Positions 25,185-40,494 of a stretch of 64,000 nucleotides of DNA are shown here, piece after piece. Source of the stretch: Piromyces finnis finn (lineage: Eukaryota; Fungi; Neocallimastigomycota); the NCBI GenBank assembly GCA_002104945.1, contig MCFH01000014.1:248001-312000 (forward strand). The letters are read 5' to 3'. Numbering within the stretch: the stretch's first letter is position 1; each line of letters begins with the position of its first letter. Both the position numbers and the translations under genes were made by a program. The notes under the pieces were generated by a model, which was not told the DNA's origin, did not search any database, and saw only the letters and a list, made by a program, of their open reading frames with translations.

Positions 25185-26889
25185 TTTTATTTTGAAAATA
25201 ATGTAATTTCATAGTATATCCTAATCCTATTTAATGTTATTTCCTACAAAAAAAAAAAGTTTTTAAATTATATGAATATAGTTAAGTTTCCATTTTTCTT
25301 GTACAAATTTTAATTTTTTTTATAATAAAACTTGCATATATAAAAACATAATTGGTATCATTATAATATTATGTGGTAGTGTAGGCTGTTTCGTTTTATC
25401 TTGTTTTTAAAATAATATTGAGAGTGATAATTAATAGGCAGGTAGAACATTTTTTTAAAAAGTAGGATAATGAGCTAATTTTTATTTTCAAAAAAAGTAT
25501 GGTATTTATATATGATATTAAAAAAAAGGATTAAAGCTTTATTGAACACTTGAGACTGTTGTTAATGTTGTTGTTGTTGTTGTTTTAAAAATAGTATTAA
25601 GATATACTATTTAATACTTATTTTAATACTCTAATCATGGATTGTATTCTTTTTTTTTTTTTTTTTTTTTTTTGATTACCTTTTGTTGTAGAATTTAATT
25701 TTTATGTATTAATTATCATTTAAAATTTATGAACCAATATTATTAAATATAAATATATTAATATATTTAATTAATTGTAAACCTATAAATTAATATATGT
25801 AGATTCAAATGTAATACAAAATCAAAAAAAATAAAATGAATTAAAATATTTTTATATTTATTAAAATTTATAAATTTAATATAATAATAATGGAGGAGGA
25901 GGATTGAAGCAATCTAAAAACACCAACAAGAATTTTATAATTTTAGTTATTTTTGTTCCCACACACCAAAACCTCATACACCACCTAAAATACTAAAAAA
26001 AAAAAAGCAAAAAAAAAGCAAAAAAGCAAAAAAGAAACCAAAAAAAAAAAAAACTATTAAAAACTAAAACTAAAAAACTCTAAAAGAAAAAAAAAAAGAA
26101 AGCTATAACATATAACAATAAATATTATTATATAATTATTTTTTAAAACTTGTATTTTAATATATTTTAAAAAAAAAAAAAAAAATATAAAAAGTGCTTA
26201 TATCCTAAAAGTAATGTTAATGTTATTAAAATTTCATTGGTATTCTTAACCGAAATTAAATATTATAAAAATAATATATAATAATATTAAAAATCTTTTT
26301 TTTTTTTTTTTTTTATTCATTATTATTTGTTTATTTACCCATTTATTTATATTTATTCTCTAGGACAAAATATTACAATAAGCTATAATAAAAAAGAATT
26401 TGAAATCCTTGATAGATTGAAATAAAAAAATAAATAACAAAAAAAAAAATACATATATATATTATACACATTTAAAAGCAAACATAACCATTATTAATTT
26501 TCAAATCAAACTACACTACAATTAATATAAATATTATAAAGTTTTTATCAATAAAATAAAGAATTTAAAAAAAATTAAAGGAATTAAAATAATAAAAAAG
26601 TATTCTTTTTTTTTTTTTTTTTTGTATTGAATGATATCTAGATAAATACAAGTAATAAATAAATATATATATATATAAAAGTATTATATCCAAAGAAAAA
26701 AAAATAAAACTAATTTTCAAAATACTTTATTTTATTTTGGAATTACTTCAAATTTTAAACAGAAATAGAAAAAAAAAATAAAATAAAATAAAAAAATAAA
26801 ATAAAATAAAAATAAATAAATAAAAATAAAATAAATAGATATTATACCTTAGAAAGAAAGAAAAAAATAATAATAACAATATTAGCAAC

Positions 26890-28215
26890 ATGAGAGTTAA
26901 TGATAGAACACAAGAATTTTATGCAACTGTAGAATCAATGTTATCTAGAAGACCATTCAATGAGTCTTTTGGTTTAATGAGTAGAGAAAAAAATGAAACA
27001 CAGTTTTACAAAATAGCTATGGGTATCGGAAAAGAAAATGATGGTACAAAAGAAAAATTAAAGAAACTTAAAGAATTAGTTCAAAAAAATACATTATTAG
27101 ATGATAAATTACCAGAAATAACACAAATGATTCAAATAATAAAAGTTGACATTTCAAAAACAAGTACAGAAATTAGTGCCTTTCAACAAGCCTTTAAAGA
27201 CAAAAAAATCCCATATGTAATGAATGGTTATGCCATAGAAAATGCAAATAATATTATTTCATCCCTTCAAACTAAACTATTAAATACGTCAAATGAATTT
27301 AAGGATATTCTTGAACTAAGAACAAAAATAATGCGTGAACAAAAACTAAGAAAAGAACAATACACTTCTGCAGGTACAAATTTAAATGGCTCTAATCCAT
27401 CATCCCTTACATCATCACCACATCTCTTTGGTTCTAGAATTATGTCTAAAATTAGTACACCTCTATCAAGATCTAATTCTAGTTCCCCAGCACCACCAAC
27501 ACCATCAACAACAACTGGTGTACCATCAAGTGATATTAATGCCTCATTAAGATCAAATTCATCTGATATTAATCCAGCGGCTAATTCAATTCCAATGAAT
27601 TCATTTACTCCACCACCACAAGTTATGCAACAAACTATGCCATCTAATACCAATTCCGCATCCAATAGTAATAGTAATTTATTAAATCCATTCCCTATAT
27701 CGCAACAGCCATCACAACCTCATTATAACCAAGGTATTGCCTACTCCAATTCCTTTAGTTATGGTGGTGGAAATGGACCAGAACGTAGAAATGTAGCAGG
27801 TTCTAAAAACCCTGATGAATTATTAGTCATTTCAGTAGACGATGATGATGATAACGGAAAAGGAAAAAGTGGAAGTTACCCATATGCCCAACAACAACAA
27901 CAACAACAACAACAACAACTTTATGAACCCTATTCTCAAAGTTATCTTGACTCTAGATCATCTGCTATCGACGCAATTGAATCAACAATGGCTGAATTAG
28001 GTCAAATATATCAAAACTTTACGCATATTTTGGCTGGTCAAAGAGAAACCATTCAAAGAATTGATGATGATATTTTAAACGTAGACATGAATGTTTCCGG
28101 AGCCCAAGATTATTTAATGAAATATTACAAGTCAATTTCATCAAATCGTTGGTTAATCATAAAAATTTTAATTGTCATTTTAATCTTTTTCTTTATTTTT
28201 GTAGTCTTCTTATAA
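26890..28215 (+). CDS. SED5: Syntaxin-5-type t-SNARE
   Basis: N-peptide MRVNDRTQEF, Habc region, SNARE motif SRSSAIDAIESTMAELGQIY...QRETIQRID and a C-terminal TM. Single exon. Confidence 0.9.
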   Translation: MRVNDRTQEFYATVESMLSRRPFNESFGLMSREKNETQFYKIAMGIGKENDGTKEKLKKLKELVQKNTLLDDKLPEITQMIQIIKVDISKTSTEISAFQQAFKDKKIPYVMNGYAIENANNIISSLQTKLLNTSNEFKDILELRTKIMREQKLRKEQYTSAGTNLNGSNPSSLTSSPHLFGSRIMSKISTPLSRSNSSSPAPPTPSTTTGVPSSDINASLRSNSSDINPAANSIPMNSFTPPPQVMQQTMPSNTNSASNSNSNLLNPFPISQQPSQPHYNQGIAYSNSFSYGGGNGPERRNVAGSKNPDELLVISVDDDDDNGKGKSGSYPYAQQQQQQQQQQLYEPYSQSYLDSRSSAIDAIESTMAELGQIYQNFTHILAGQRETIQRIDDDILNVDMNVSGAQDYLMKYYKSISSNRWLIIKILIVILIFFFIFVVFL

Positions 28216-28581
28216 GCACATCATATGCCGATTTCTTTTTTTATCGCCATTTTTATTTTCATTCCAAACATAAAATATATATATTTCTTTTTATTATATT
28301 ATTATTTTTTTTTTTAACTTGATATCTATCTATCCATTTTGATTTTGTATAGATAATGTATACCAGTTAAATGATAAATACAAGACATTTAAACAACATT
28401 ATATATAATAAAGAATGAATTAAATAATATATAAATATTTATAGTAACATGTTAGAAAAAAAAAAAAAAAAAAAGAATTATTAAAATACCTATTAATAAT
28501 TCTCTTTATATATATATATATATATATATATTTAATATAATCTGTTCTATTTGTTAGTATTTTAAAAATATATATAAAAAT

Positions 28582-28616
<35 letters not shown>

Positions 28617-30765
28617 TTTAAAATTAAATCATTTTCATTATATTATCTAAACTAGGGGAAAAAAAGATACATCCATAATTTTATATATATATATATATAA
28701 AAGGTTTTAAAATAATTTTATTCCTTTATATATTAAAAGATAAAAAGGGAAAGAAAATATAAAGAAAAAAAGAAAATAGAAATAAAGTAAAATAGTATTA
28801 CATGATTATTTAAAGAAAATAGTTTATTAAAAAATTTAGTAAAGATTATTTTTTTTAAAATTTATACAATATTGTATTTAAAAAGCAAAAAAAAAAAAAA
28901 AAAAGACTATTCCCTCTATCACATTGTTGTATATAAATATTATAAATAACGATTTATTGAATGTTAAACTATACGCGAAAAAAAAAAAAAAAAAAAAAGA
29001 ATAAATTTAATATTTAATTATATTATTTCATCCAACTTAAATTTTTTTATAGGTATAAAATAAAGAAATACAAAGTTTATATTCATATTTGACATTAATT
29101 TTCTTTCAAATGAATGTCTTGAAAGTTTCCACAGTTTTTTTAAAGTTTTTAATTTAAATTAACCATTATTTCATTTATCAACTTTATTATTTAATTATCA
29201 TATCTATAATAATAAATAATTAAGTTTTAATTTTAGTATCACATTTTAAAGTGAAAGGTGTAGCAGTAAAAAATCTAATAATTTTATAATAGAATATGAA
29301 TATTTGAAATTTATAAAAGTTTAAATTTTTTTTTTTTTTTTTACCATTATTATTTATCATTTTAATACTAGTTATTTACCTCTTTTAAAATAAATTATAC
29401 CTTTTACTATTTTTTTATAACTTTTCATTAATTTTAAGTATTAACTTTCTTAGTTTTACTTTTTTTATTAGTATTAATCCTTTTTATAATGAATCAAATA
29501 AACCAAATTTATATAAATTTAAACTTTTTATAATTTTACATTTATATCAGTAATTTATACCACATAATAGATTTATCACAAGTCTAATTCAAATAAAAAA
29601 AAAAAAAGTGACATTTCTTTTTAATTATTATTTAAACTTTATCTTATAATGATTTCGAAAAAAAAAAAGTTAGTTTTTATTATTTTTTTTTCCATTTTTC
29701 TTTTTTGTATCATCATTGAAGATACTTTTAATAAATTAAATAAATTTACAATTATCGAATAATAAATTGAATAGAAAGTAATAATAATTTTATTAATCGA
29801 ATTAATGAAGTTTTAAAAATTCAAACTTCTCCATCTTAAAAATAGGTTAAAATATCACCACAATTTATATTATAATAATAAAAAAAAATAATTAAAAAAA
29901 AAAAAAGTTAAAAAGTACTGGTCATTTAATTTATGTTATTACTTACATTGAAAGAGCTATATATATTTTATTATTTTTTTAAAAAATAAAATATATAAAA
30001 CCTTTTAGTAGATTATTTCATTAAATAATAATAGTAAAAAAAAAAAAAAAAGGTAATAAGCTTTTTGAGTATTCTTGATAATAAATAAAGTTCATCATAT
30101 ACATTTACTTAAACTTTTATTTGTTCACGCTCCCAATATAATCCAGTGTTCTTTCAAAAAAAAAAAGATGTTTTCAATTTTTAACTTTTTCTTTATATAA
30201 AATTTTTAATTTTTTTTTTTTTTTTTTTTATATATATATATTTTCTTTTGCTTTTCATTATACATCATATATCATATACATATATTATGCCTTAAAGCTA
30301 TGAAACAACATTAGATAATAACAAAAGTTTTGTAAAAAGATAAAAAAGAAAACAAAAGAAAGAATAAAAAAAAAAAAAGAGAAAATGAATTCTTAATAGG
30401 GTTTATTATTCAGTATTTTAACTATTTTATTTGATTATAAATATTATTTTTTTATAATACTTCCATAATCTTATATATATTAATATATTATTAATATTTT
30501 TTTATATTACTTAGTTATTTTCAATAAAACTTATTGTATTTAATATCATCTAAAATACCATTAAAACTATTTAATTAATAATAATATACTATCACTAATT
30601 AATCAAGTAGATTATAATAAATATTTATTATATTTAATGATCCTCTTTTTTAAAGTTTTGATAAAATCGACATAAATTAGTATTACAGTATTATCATCCA
30701 TTAGAATAGTAATATTTTTCATTCAAATTAAATTAATAACGAATTTATATTAAAAAAAAAAAAAA

Positions 30766-33700
30766 ATGGGTCAACAACAAAGTATTGATAGATATAATAG
30801 AAAAATATATGAAAATCATAAATCATCCTCTGAGCATGAGGACTATGTACATTATAGGTCAAGTAACAGAATAGATAATGTAAATGATAATGTCAAGGGA
30901 AAAGGAAAAAGTTTTAATTCCATAGGGTATCCAAAAATAAAAAGTAATAGTAAAGTATCAAGAATTAATGATATATTATACAATTCGAAATTCAAAAGCC
31001 AAGAAGAAGATAACGGTAAGGATCAATTCTCTAATAATAATCAATCATATTTTATAAATGCAAAAGCAACGACGGAAAACTTTTCCGATAATATTTTAAG
31101 AAATAGTCATCAAAATAATGTAAATAACCCTTCCAGCAGTATAACTATTCCAAGAGTACATATCCAAAATAGAAATTATCATTCATCATTAGTTAGTTCC
31201 TATCCTAATATAAATAATTCTAGGACGGATGAAGATAACAACACCTATCCAAGCCTGGCTATTCTACATTCTTCATTACCATCCACTTCTTCATCAAATT
31301 CATATAATTTTGTTGAAAATAGACGGGGTTCACCCATTCAAAATGAAGTACGTACAGAAAGAAATATAAGAAATAACAATACTAGTAGTACAGATGATGT
31401 GGAAAGGAATTATCATCATCATCAATCATCCATCGAATCCAATAGTGATATAAATGAAAACATTACCCATCGTTGGCGAAGTTCAAGTGAAGGTAACGGC
31501 GGTAATTATCGTAATGAAATAAATAATATAACAAATGATCCCCATAGATCAATAAATGATAGACAAGATAGTAGAATTCTAATCATTGAAGATGTTCATT
31601 CTCAAGAAACTAATCCATCTTCTAATGAATCTCAAGAGAATACCAATGATTTTTATACTTTAAGAACTAGAAATAATAATGGCGAACGTGAAACAGCAAT
31701 TATTTATAATAATCATCATTCTTCCAATTCATCAGCATCCCAAGATGCCTCCAATCCTCAAGCATCATCATCATCTTCTTCTTCTTCTTCCTCCTCCTCA
31801 AATCATCATCATACTAATGGGCCATTAACATCAGGATCATCTACAAATGGAAATGATAAGAAAAAACATAAAATAGCCGTAAAAAATAAGTATAAAGAAA
31901 CAACATCTGTTTCATTAAGTTATCAAAATTTAACTATTTTACCGAATTATATTTTTGAATTAAAAAATCTTGTTTATCTTGACATTACCCATAATTGTAA
32001 ATATATAATTATATCAAATTAGAATATACCTTAAGTTGTTTATTATTTTTTTTTTTAAAAAAAAAAAAAAGAATGATTATTAAACTTTTTTTATTATTAA
32101 TATTATTATTAATATTTAAATTTTAATGGGTACATCTTATTATCTAACCTCTCCTCTCTCAGCTTTAAGAGAAATTCCAACAAAATTATTTAAATTAAAA
32201 AATTTAAAAAAAATTGCATGTTCAGATAATTTAATAGAGCAAGTTCCAAATGAAATTGAAAATTTAAAAAAATTAACATGGTTAGATTTTACCCATAATA
32301 GACTTCAATCAATACCTGAAAGTATTGGTAATCTTACTGAACTTGTAGGGCTCGGTTTAAGCGATTGTCGTTTAACAGAATTACCCTATAGTATCAAAAA
32401 TTTAAAAAAATTAACTAAACTTGGAGTTTTTAATAATAACATTACATGGTTACCACCAGAAATTGGATGTTTAAAAAGTTTAATAAAATTAGATTTAAGT
32501 AGTAATAAATTACAAAAAATTCCTACAGAGGTAATGAAATGATTATAAAGAATCTACGCTATGAATATTCAAGCAAACGTCTTAATAAATATTTTAAAAT
32601 CTTATATTTTTTTTAATAAATTTAAAGATAAAATATTTAAAAAATCTTCAATGGTTAAACTTAAGGTAAATTTATAAATATATATATATAAACCCTCCAA
32701 CTCTTTTACCAATTTTCAATATAATAAATGTATATTTTTACTATTAAAATACACACATATAATCATAATCATTAATTTAAATAAAAAAAAAAGTGATAAC
32801 AAATTAAAAGAATTGCCTGTTGAATTAAATGAACTAAGTATGTATTCCTTTTTTAAAAAATATATATATAAAAAATAAACAATCTAAAAATTTTATTAAC
32901 AATAAAAAAAATGTAATTTTAATATTTCTAAAGAAAATTTAAGGGAGTTAGGATTAGGCCATAATTCTTTAAGATATATTCCAGATTTAAGTAAACTAAG
33001 AAAATTAGTGATGCTACCAATATATAGGTAATAATAATAATAATAAAAATAATTATTTATATATCATTTATATAAATAAATAAATTAAAAAACATATATA
33101 TATAATTGTTTATTTAATATTATAATCAAAAAAAAAAAATTAATAACAATAAATAATAATAGTAATCAACTTGAATTTATTGGAAATTGGATATGTGATA
33201 TGAAAAGTCTTGAAAAACTTGATTTATCCGATAATCGTTTAACTTTTATACCACCAGGGGTTTTTAAACTTCCAAAATTGAATTATTTTAATGTTAAAAA
33301 TAATCAATTAAAACATATTGCTTGTGATTTTGCGCTCTATTCTAGTTTTAGTCAAATTGACTTATCCAATTCAATGGAATTAATTAAGGATGATATAATT
33401 GATAAAAGTAATTATTACCCACATATATTTATAATTTTTACAAAAAAGTTTGAAAATATTATTATAAAATCAAATTTAAAATTTATCATTTATTAAAAAA
33501 AAAAAAAAAATTTTTTTTTTATATATAATTCAATATGTATATATGTATATAATAGATGTTATTGTATATCCATATTTGAATAATTTACCATTATCTAAAC
33601 TCGATTTTTTAGATCTTTCACAAAATCAATTAACCTATATACCAGCAATTTTAACAAAACTATCTCTCTCTACATTAAAATATAAACGCAATGCTTTTAC

Positions 33701-35597
33701 TTCGTTGTTTAAACAAAGTTCTACCGATTTTACCATTAAAATTAAACCTGATTTTTCTCCAAAAATTCCTGTCATAAAGTGTGTAAATTTACCACCAAAA
33801 AAAATATCTTCAGAAAAAAGTATTTGCATCATCCCAGGTTTAACTTTACCCTTATCTAATTTGGATAAAAAGGATAAACCATCCATGTCTTTCTTTGATG
33901 AAATATTATTAGCAGAGCAACTAAAAAATAATGCCACACATATGAAACCATTACCATCACCGTCGAGATCAATGGAAATTATTTTATCTTCTAAAAATTC
34001 CATATCAAAAACCTTTTCAAGCAATAAATATATTCAAATTATCCCTGCAAAATCTTTCCCATCTCTTGCCTCCTTATGTATTAATCATTTATTCAAAAAA
34101 TATTCTAGAAAATGTAATACAGATTTTTGTAAATTTAGAAATGCTCATATTCATTCAACCTATTCCTTTGTAAAAATTTGTGACACCATTAGTAATAGTA
34201 ATATTAATCAAAGTATAAGTTCAAGTGAAGAATCCATCTATTATAGTAGGATTATCACGCCAAAAGATTTTAAATATCTTGGATCTATAAATGAATTAAA
34301 TATTTCATTGGGACAGGGTTACTACGACTATTTAAAGCAATCTGATTTAAGTTATTTAAATTCAAAGTTACAATACTTGATTTCAAAAAAAGATGAAAAT
34401 GATTGTTATATTGATATTTCCAATTCCCCTTCAACATCACAAAGTAATTCAAATTTATATGTATTACCGCCTTCCAGTAGTAGTTCATTACCAAGACATG
34501 CTACTATTGACAATTCAAGAACAATAGCATCCCAGAGTGAATCATCTCCATTTTCATTGATTAATAACGATTTACCATCCTCCTCTACCTCCCTATCCAT
34601 AAAATCAAAAAAAGGAAAACAATCTACAGGTATTACAAAATTCCGTCATCTTATTGGAAGATCATCAATAAAAAATGAAAAAGAAAAAAATAAAGGTAGC
34701 AAATCATCAAGTATAACAGCAAAGGGTAAAAATAAAAGTAAGAAAAGTAGTATCCATCAATCTAAAGAAAAAGCAAAAGAAGAAGAATCCATGCCACCTA
34801 TCTATAATAATGGTAAATTATATAAATCCACAAGAGTAAGCTATCAAAGTGTGAATTCTACTCACGAATCTATCAATAATAGTATAAGTTTTTCTTCCTT
34901 CCCTAACTCTCATAATTCTCTTAATTCCGATCTTAATTTCACCTCCACCTCTATTACTAGTTCCGTAGCTAACATTAATAAATCTTCAATTCATTGTATT
35001 CATGCACTCTACTCATTAATAAAAACCTTACCCGAGTATACACAATATGCCTTTAAGCATGCTTTAATTTGTGATGTATGTGGTAACAACTATGTCACCA
35101 ATGAAAGTTTAAAGTATTTCCGAAGCCAGTATCATCAATCCATTCGCAGTTTAGCTAAAAAAACTATTCATACTTCACCATATCAACAGGAATCGGACGA
35201 ACATTTGAATAGAATAGAAGAACAAGATATTCAAAATATTATTCAAGACTATGGTAGTTTACGTATTCTTTGTTGGAATCAACCTACAGAGCATACTATT
35301 GATGGTGAAGAAATAAATCAAAACGTCCAGCATCCTACGGCTCAACCCTCCATAAATACAATAACAAATAATAATTATACTATTTCTCTTGACTCTTCTA
35401 ACCATGTTATCAATGGATCAGAATCACCATCATCATCATTATCATCATCGTCGTCATCATCATCAATTTCATTACAAGCGTTACATGATGATTTAAATAC
35501 TAAATCATTTGAAAATCTAATTCCTTTCAATTATAGAATATGTAGTCATTCCTGTATGATAAAATTAATTGATTATTTAAATTTACATTATGACTAG
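30766..35597 (+). CDS. Leucine-rich-repeat protein with N-terminal MG motif, low-complexity insertions and C-terminal Cys motifs
   Basis: Several ORFs carry LxxLxLxxNxLxxLP repeats (32126-32542, 33200-33400) joined by GT-AG introns. The N-terminus is MGQQQS. The last exon contains PSLASLCINHL, CDVC and CSHSC. Confidence 0.8.
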
Positions 35598-37767
35598 TTT
35601 TAAAAATAAAGTCATGATAGAAATATGGTATTCATAATTATTAAATATATTTCTTTCAAATATATATATATATATATTATTCTATGTTATAAACACTTTA
35701 AAAATAATAATAAAAAAAAATCATGAAATAGTAAAGAATGGAAGAAAAAAAAAATTATTCTTTTAAAAATTATTCATTATTATCAGAAATTCAATTATAA
35801 AATAAAATCAAATGAATTTTCCTTATATATACAAGCTTTTAATAAGAAAAAAATCATTACAATCATATCATGGAGTTTAAATTTTATTAATTCATAATTG
35901 TAAATTTATGATCATGTATTATTAATTTAAACTAGCTTCAATAGGTGTTAGCGTTTAAAAAAAGAATTGAAAGATTAATTAGCCATATACTTTTTTTTTT
36001 TTTTTTTAAAAGTAATAAATTAATAAAATCTTTGATACAACATTATAAAACACAAAAGTTTATAATATTTCCATGATTTTTTTTTTTTTTTTTTTTTACT
36101 TTAATGTTTTTAAAAAAAAAAAAAGTATTATCATAACAATAACATTTTTATATATTATTTATATATGTATATTATAGCATATCAAAATATAAGATATATA
36201 TTTTGTTTGTATCCATTTACATTTACATAGAGAATATAAAAGCTAAATTTAGAAATTATTAGCTATTTTATGTAAAAATATATACATTTTAAACCTTTAG
36301 CCCATTTACTTTTTTTAAAAAAAAAAAATATTATTATAATACTACTACATTCAAATGCTTTAACAAAATTTTTAATCTTACTTCTCTTCTTATTAATTAA
36401 AGGTATAACTATCAATTTTATTGGTGCAATGTTTCAAGTTGTAAAACTTTAACAATTTTTTTTAAAAAAAAAAAAAGATTATTATTGAATGGATGTTGCT
36501 CTAAAGTAGACAATTAATTTATTTACTCAAATATAATTCAATATTAGTAATAAATTTTAAATCTATATATTATTATTAATAATATATAAAAAAAAAGGTG
36601 GTTTTATCATCTATCTTATAAAAGGAAAAAAAAAAAAACATCCGTTTATATAACATCTAATAGCAATATATATATATGTAAACTATAATACAAAAATAAA
36701 ATTTTAAGTTTATTCAATTATCCCCAAATGAATAATAATTACATTATTACTTTTAATCTTTTTTTTTTTTTTCATATCTCACCCACTAATCTATTGTTTA
36801 TTCGTTTTATTCTTTGCTAATATTTAATTTAATCAATGAGAAATATACTTTAATATGCAATGTTTAATTAAATTAATTAAATATTGTTGAATAGCATTTT
36901 CATAATTTTAATATTAATAAATGTATTGTTTTATTATTAGTACTACTAGTAGTAGTATTAGTAGTAGTGGTAGTGGTAGTAGTAGTATGTTTATTATTAT
37001 TGATGAATTGTCATTTAAAATGTAATCGTTTTTTTTTTTTTTTGAATGCTTATTCTTCCGTTGTACCTGACTAGGAATAATGTTGTACAAGTTTATTTTT
37101 TATAATAAGGTTTTTAATATAAAAATGACTGCCCAAAATGGAATGTTATTTTTTATGTTGTTAAAACGTCACACTTGACTTTTATTTATAAAGGAATACT
37201 ATTGAAATATATACAATAATATATATCAATAATAATATGTCTATATAAAAAATATATTATTCATTGATAATTATCAGATACATAATAGATAGAATTTAAT
37301 TTTATTATACATTTTCTATGATAAAAAGTAGCCATTTAAAATAAAGCGAAAGAAAGAAATACACCTCATTCTTTTAATAATTAGAATAATATTAAATAAT
37401 AATAATATAAAGAGATTTTAATACTAAATAATAATAAGAGTAATAATAATAATAATAATAATTAATAACAACAAATATGGATTACAATTATAATTATAAT
37501 AATAATAATAATAATAATAATAGGAAACAGTACAATATATATATAAAATAAAGGTAATATTTATATTCCTTTAGTCAAGGTAAAAAAGCATCCTTTTGAC
37601 TATATGAGATATATGATAGATTTATACTTTATACATTTTTTAAATTTAATATATTGTAATTACAATACATTATATACAAAAAAAAAAAGAAAGAAAAAAA
37701 ACAGAGGATGTAGTGGTTCAAAAAAAAAAAAAAAAAAAGAAATACCATACCCATACTATAGATAGAA

Positions 37768-37801
<34 letters not shown>

Positions 37802-38344
37802 TTGCTAAATACAAACCAAATTATTCATTGAAATTCTATAAATATGCCTAAATATTAATTATCCAATTAATCTTTATTTAACAGTGTTACTTTTTTCATT
37901 ATAGAGATTATCCTTTTTAAAGTTTAAAATATTACATACTTTATGCAGGTTTTTTTTGTAAACCATAAATTATAATATGCATAATTAATAATAATAATGA
38001 TAATAATTATAATAATATCAATTCTAAAACATATAAAATAGACCCAAGTTATTATTACCCTATCAATCCATAACATATTAAAAAAAGTGCTTTTTTTTTT
38101 TAATTAAGATTGAATTTTTTTAATTATAAATTTAATTATTAAAATTTTATTAAATAATTTTTTTTTTAGTATTAAATATATATTTTTTTGTTTTTAATAT
38201 AATTTTATATATATGAAATAAAATGAAATAACTTGATTAATATATAACCTCCATTTATATTCAATACATTTAATCCATATAATTAAATTGTTATTAATAT
38301 ATTAAAATAATTTTTATATTAATTTTATTTTTATATTAAAAAAA

Positions 38345-38375
<31 letters not shown>

Positions 38376-38944
38376 TATTTCTACCCTTTCCCTTTTTTTT
38401 TTTTTTAAACTTCTTTTTGAACAACGCAATTAAAAACTTTTTATTTTTTAATTCCTTTTCTCTTTATTATATAACAAAAAAAAAAAAAAAAGTGTTTTTT
38501 ATTTTTAATTTTAAGATATTCATTATTAAATAATTATTCTAATATAGAAAAATATATTTAAAATATATATAAATTACTTATCATATAAACTAGGAAAAAA
38601 GGTAGATATAGATATTAATAATGGCTTTTAATTTCCTTTAAAATTTTTTTTTTTTTAAATATATTCTTTAGTAAATCAAGTTAAAATATACTTATTTATG
38701 TTATAGTAGTAACACATTATATATTTATAATAAATAATTCTTTTTTATATATATTATTATCTTCATTCATCTCTATTGTCTATAAAACTAAAACTATATC
38801 TATATAACCTCAATAAATAAATAAATAAATATCAATTTTTGTATATTCCCTATCTATGAAAAAAATGATAATGAATAGAGTTGTAAGAAGAAGAAGAAGA
38901 AGTAAAAGAAAAGCAAAGTCATATTTTATAAATACAATAGAAAA

Positions 38945-40399
38945 ATGAAATTTAATAAATCATTTATTTATATAATAGCGATATTGCTATTACTCTCATG
39001 CATTAATGCAAATACAATTCCAAATGTAAAAAGAAAAGAAAAAAGACAAGATTCAAATTCAACAGTAGCTGCTAATAACGATGCAAAACCATCACCAACT
39101 GATGAAACTAATTCAAATACAGCTATTGAAGAATCATCTCCACAACCACAACCACAACCACAACCAAATACTGACACTAATACTAATACAAATAATAATC
39201 AATCTACAAACCCAGAACCATCACCATCAACACCTTCAACAGAAGACACAAATAAAAATGACAAACCACAAACAGAACCTGATAAAAATAAAGATGATGA
39301 TTCAAAACCAGACAGTAACAATAGTTCTTCAAATACTAACAAGGATGAAAAACCTACTGCTGATTCTAATACCCCAAGTAGCACTGTCAGTAGCAGTAGT
39401 ACCAGTTCTAGTAGTACATCTAGTAGTACAGCCAGTAGTACATCCAGTAGTTCAAGTAGTAGTAGTAGCAATAGCAGTAGCTCTTCAAACAAAACTCCAA
39501 ATAAAGAATTAAGTACAAACAGTGATTCAAAAAAGAAGGATGGTGGTTTATCTGGTGGTATAATTGCAGTTATTATTAGTAAGCCAGAGTTTTCTTTAAA
39601 AAAAATATTACATATAATATCAAAAAATAATGTTTTAACCATTTTTTAATATAAAAATTATTTATTCTTCATAAATAAAAATCAATTTTAAATATATCTA
39701 TATATAGTTGGAGGTATATTTGCCTTTGGTGTTATTTGTCTTATTTTAAGTGCCCTTATCAAGCTTTGCAACAAAAAGAGTGATGATGAACCACTTCCAG
39801 TAATAAATGTTGTTAGTAACACAAGTTCCACAGAAGGACTTAAACCTCAAGAACCTATGGTTGAAAATGGACAATACTATAATCAATCTCAATACTCTGG
39901 TATTAATGAACAACAATATTATGATAATAGTGTTGATATAAGCAACAGCCAATATCAAAATGTTGATTTAAGTAACAGTCAATATCAAAACGTTGATTAT
40001 AATAATAGCTATGATTATCCACAACAAGATCAAGTCATTCAACCAGTTCGTCAATTCTCTAGCCTACGGCGCCCAACTGCCAACGGTGGTATCCCACCGG
40101 ATGGCTATGATCAAAGTATGATGAATGGTGAAATTACAGAATCTGATCAAGTACCACACAAAGTTATTATAAATAAATCTAATAATACACCAATTGAACC
40201 AGGAACCATTCATAAAACTCAATTCCCATTCACCCCAAATATGGATGATGAATTAAAATTAAATGCTGGTGATGCTGTTGAAATTATTGAAGTCTATGAT
40301 GATGGTTGGAGTTATGGTAGAAATATGACCAATAATGAAGTTGGTGTCTTCCCAATTAGTTATATTACTGGTTATAATGATCCTTCCAACAACTTTTAG
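38945..40399 (+). CDS. Type I membrane protein: signal peptide, Ser/Thr/Pro-rich ectodomain, TM, cytoplasmic C-terminal SH3
   Basis: Two exons (intron about 39578-39708). The TM GGIIAVII/IGGIFAFGVICLILSAL spans the intron. SH3 pattern FPFTPNMDDELKLNAGDAVEIIEVYDDGWSYG...GVFPISY. Confidence 0.85.
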
Positions 40400-40463
40400 A
40401 TTCATTTAAAAAATACGGAAAAAAAAAACAATTTTTTTAAGTAAAAGTTTTTAAATATCTGTA

Positions 40464-40494
<31 letters not shown>

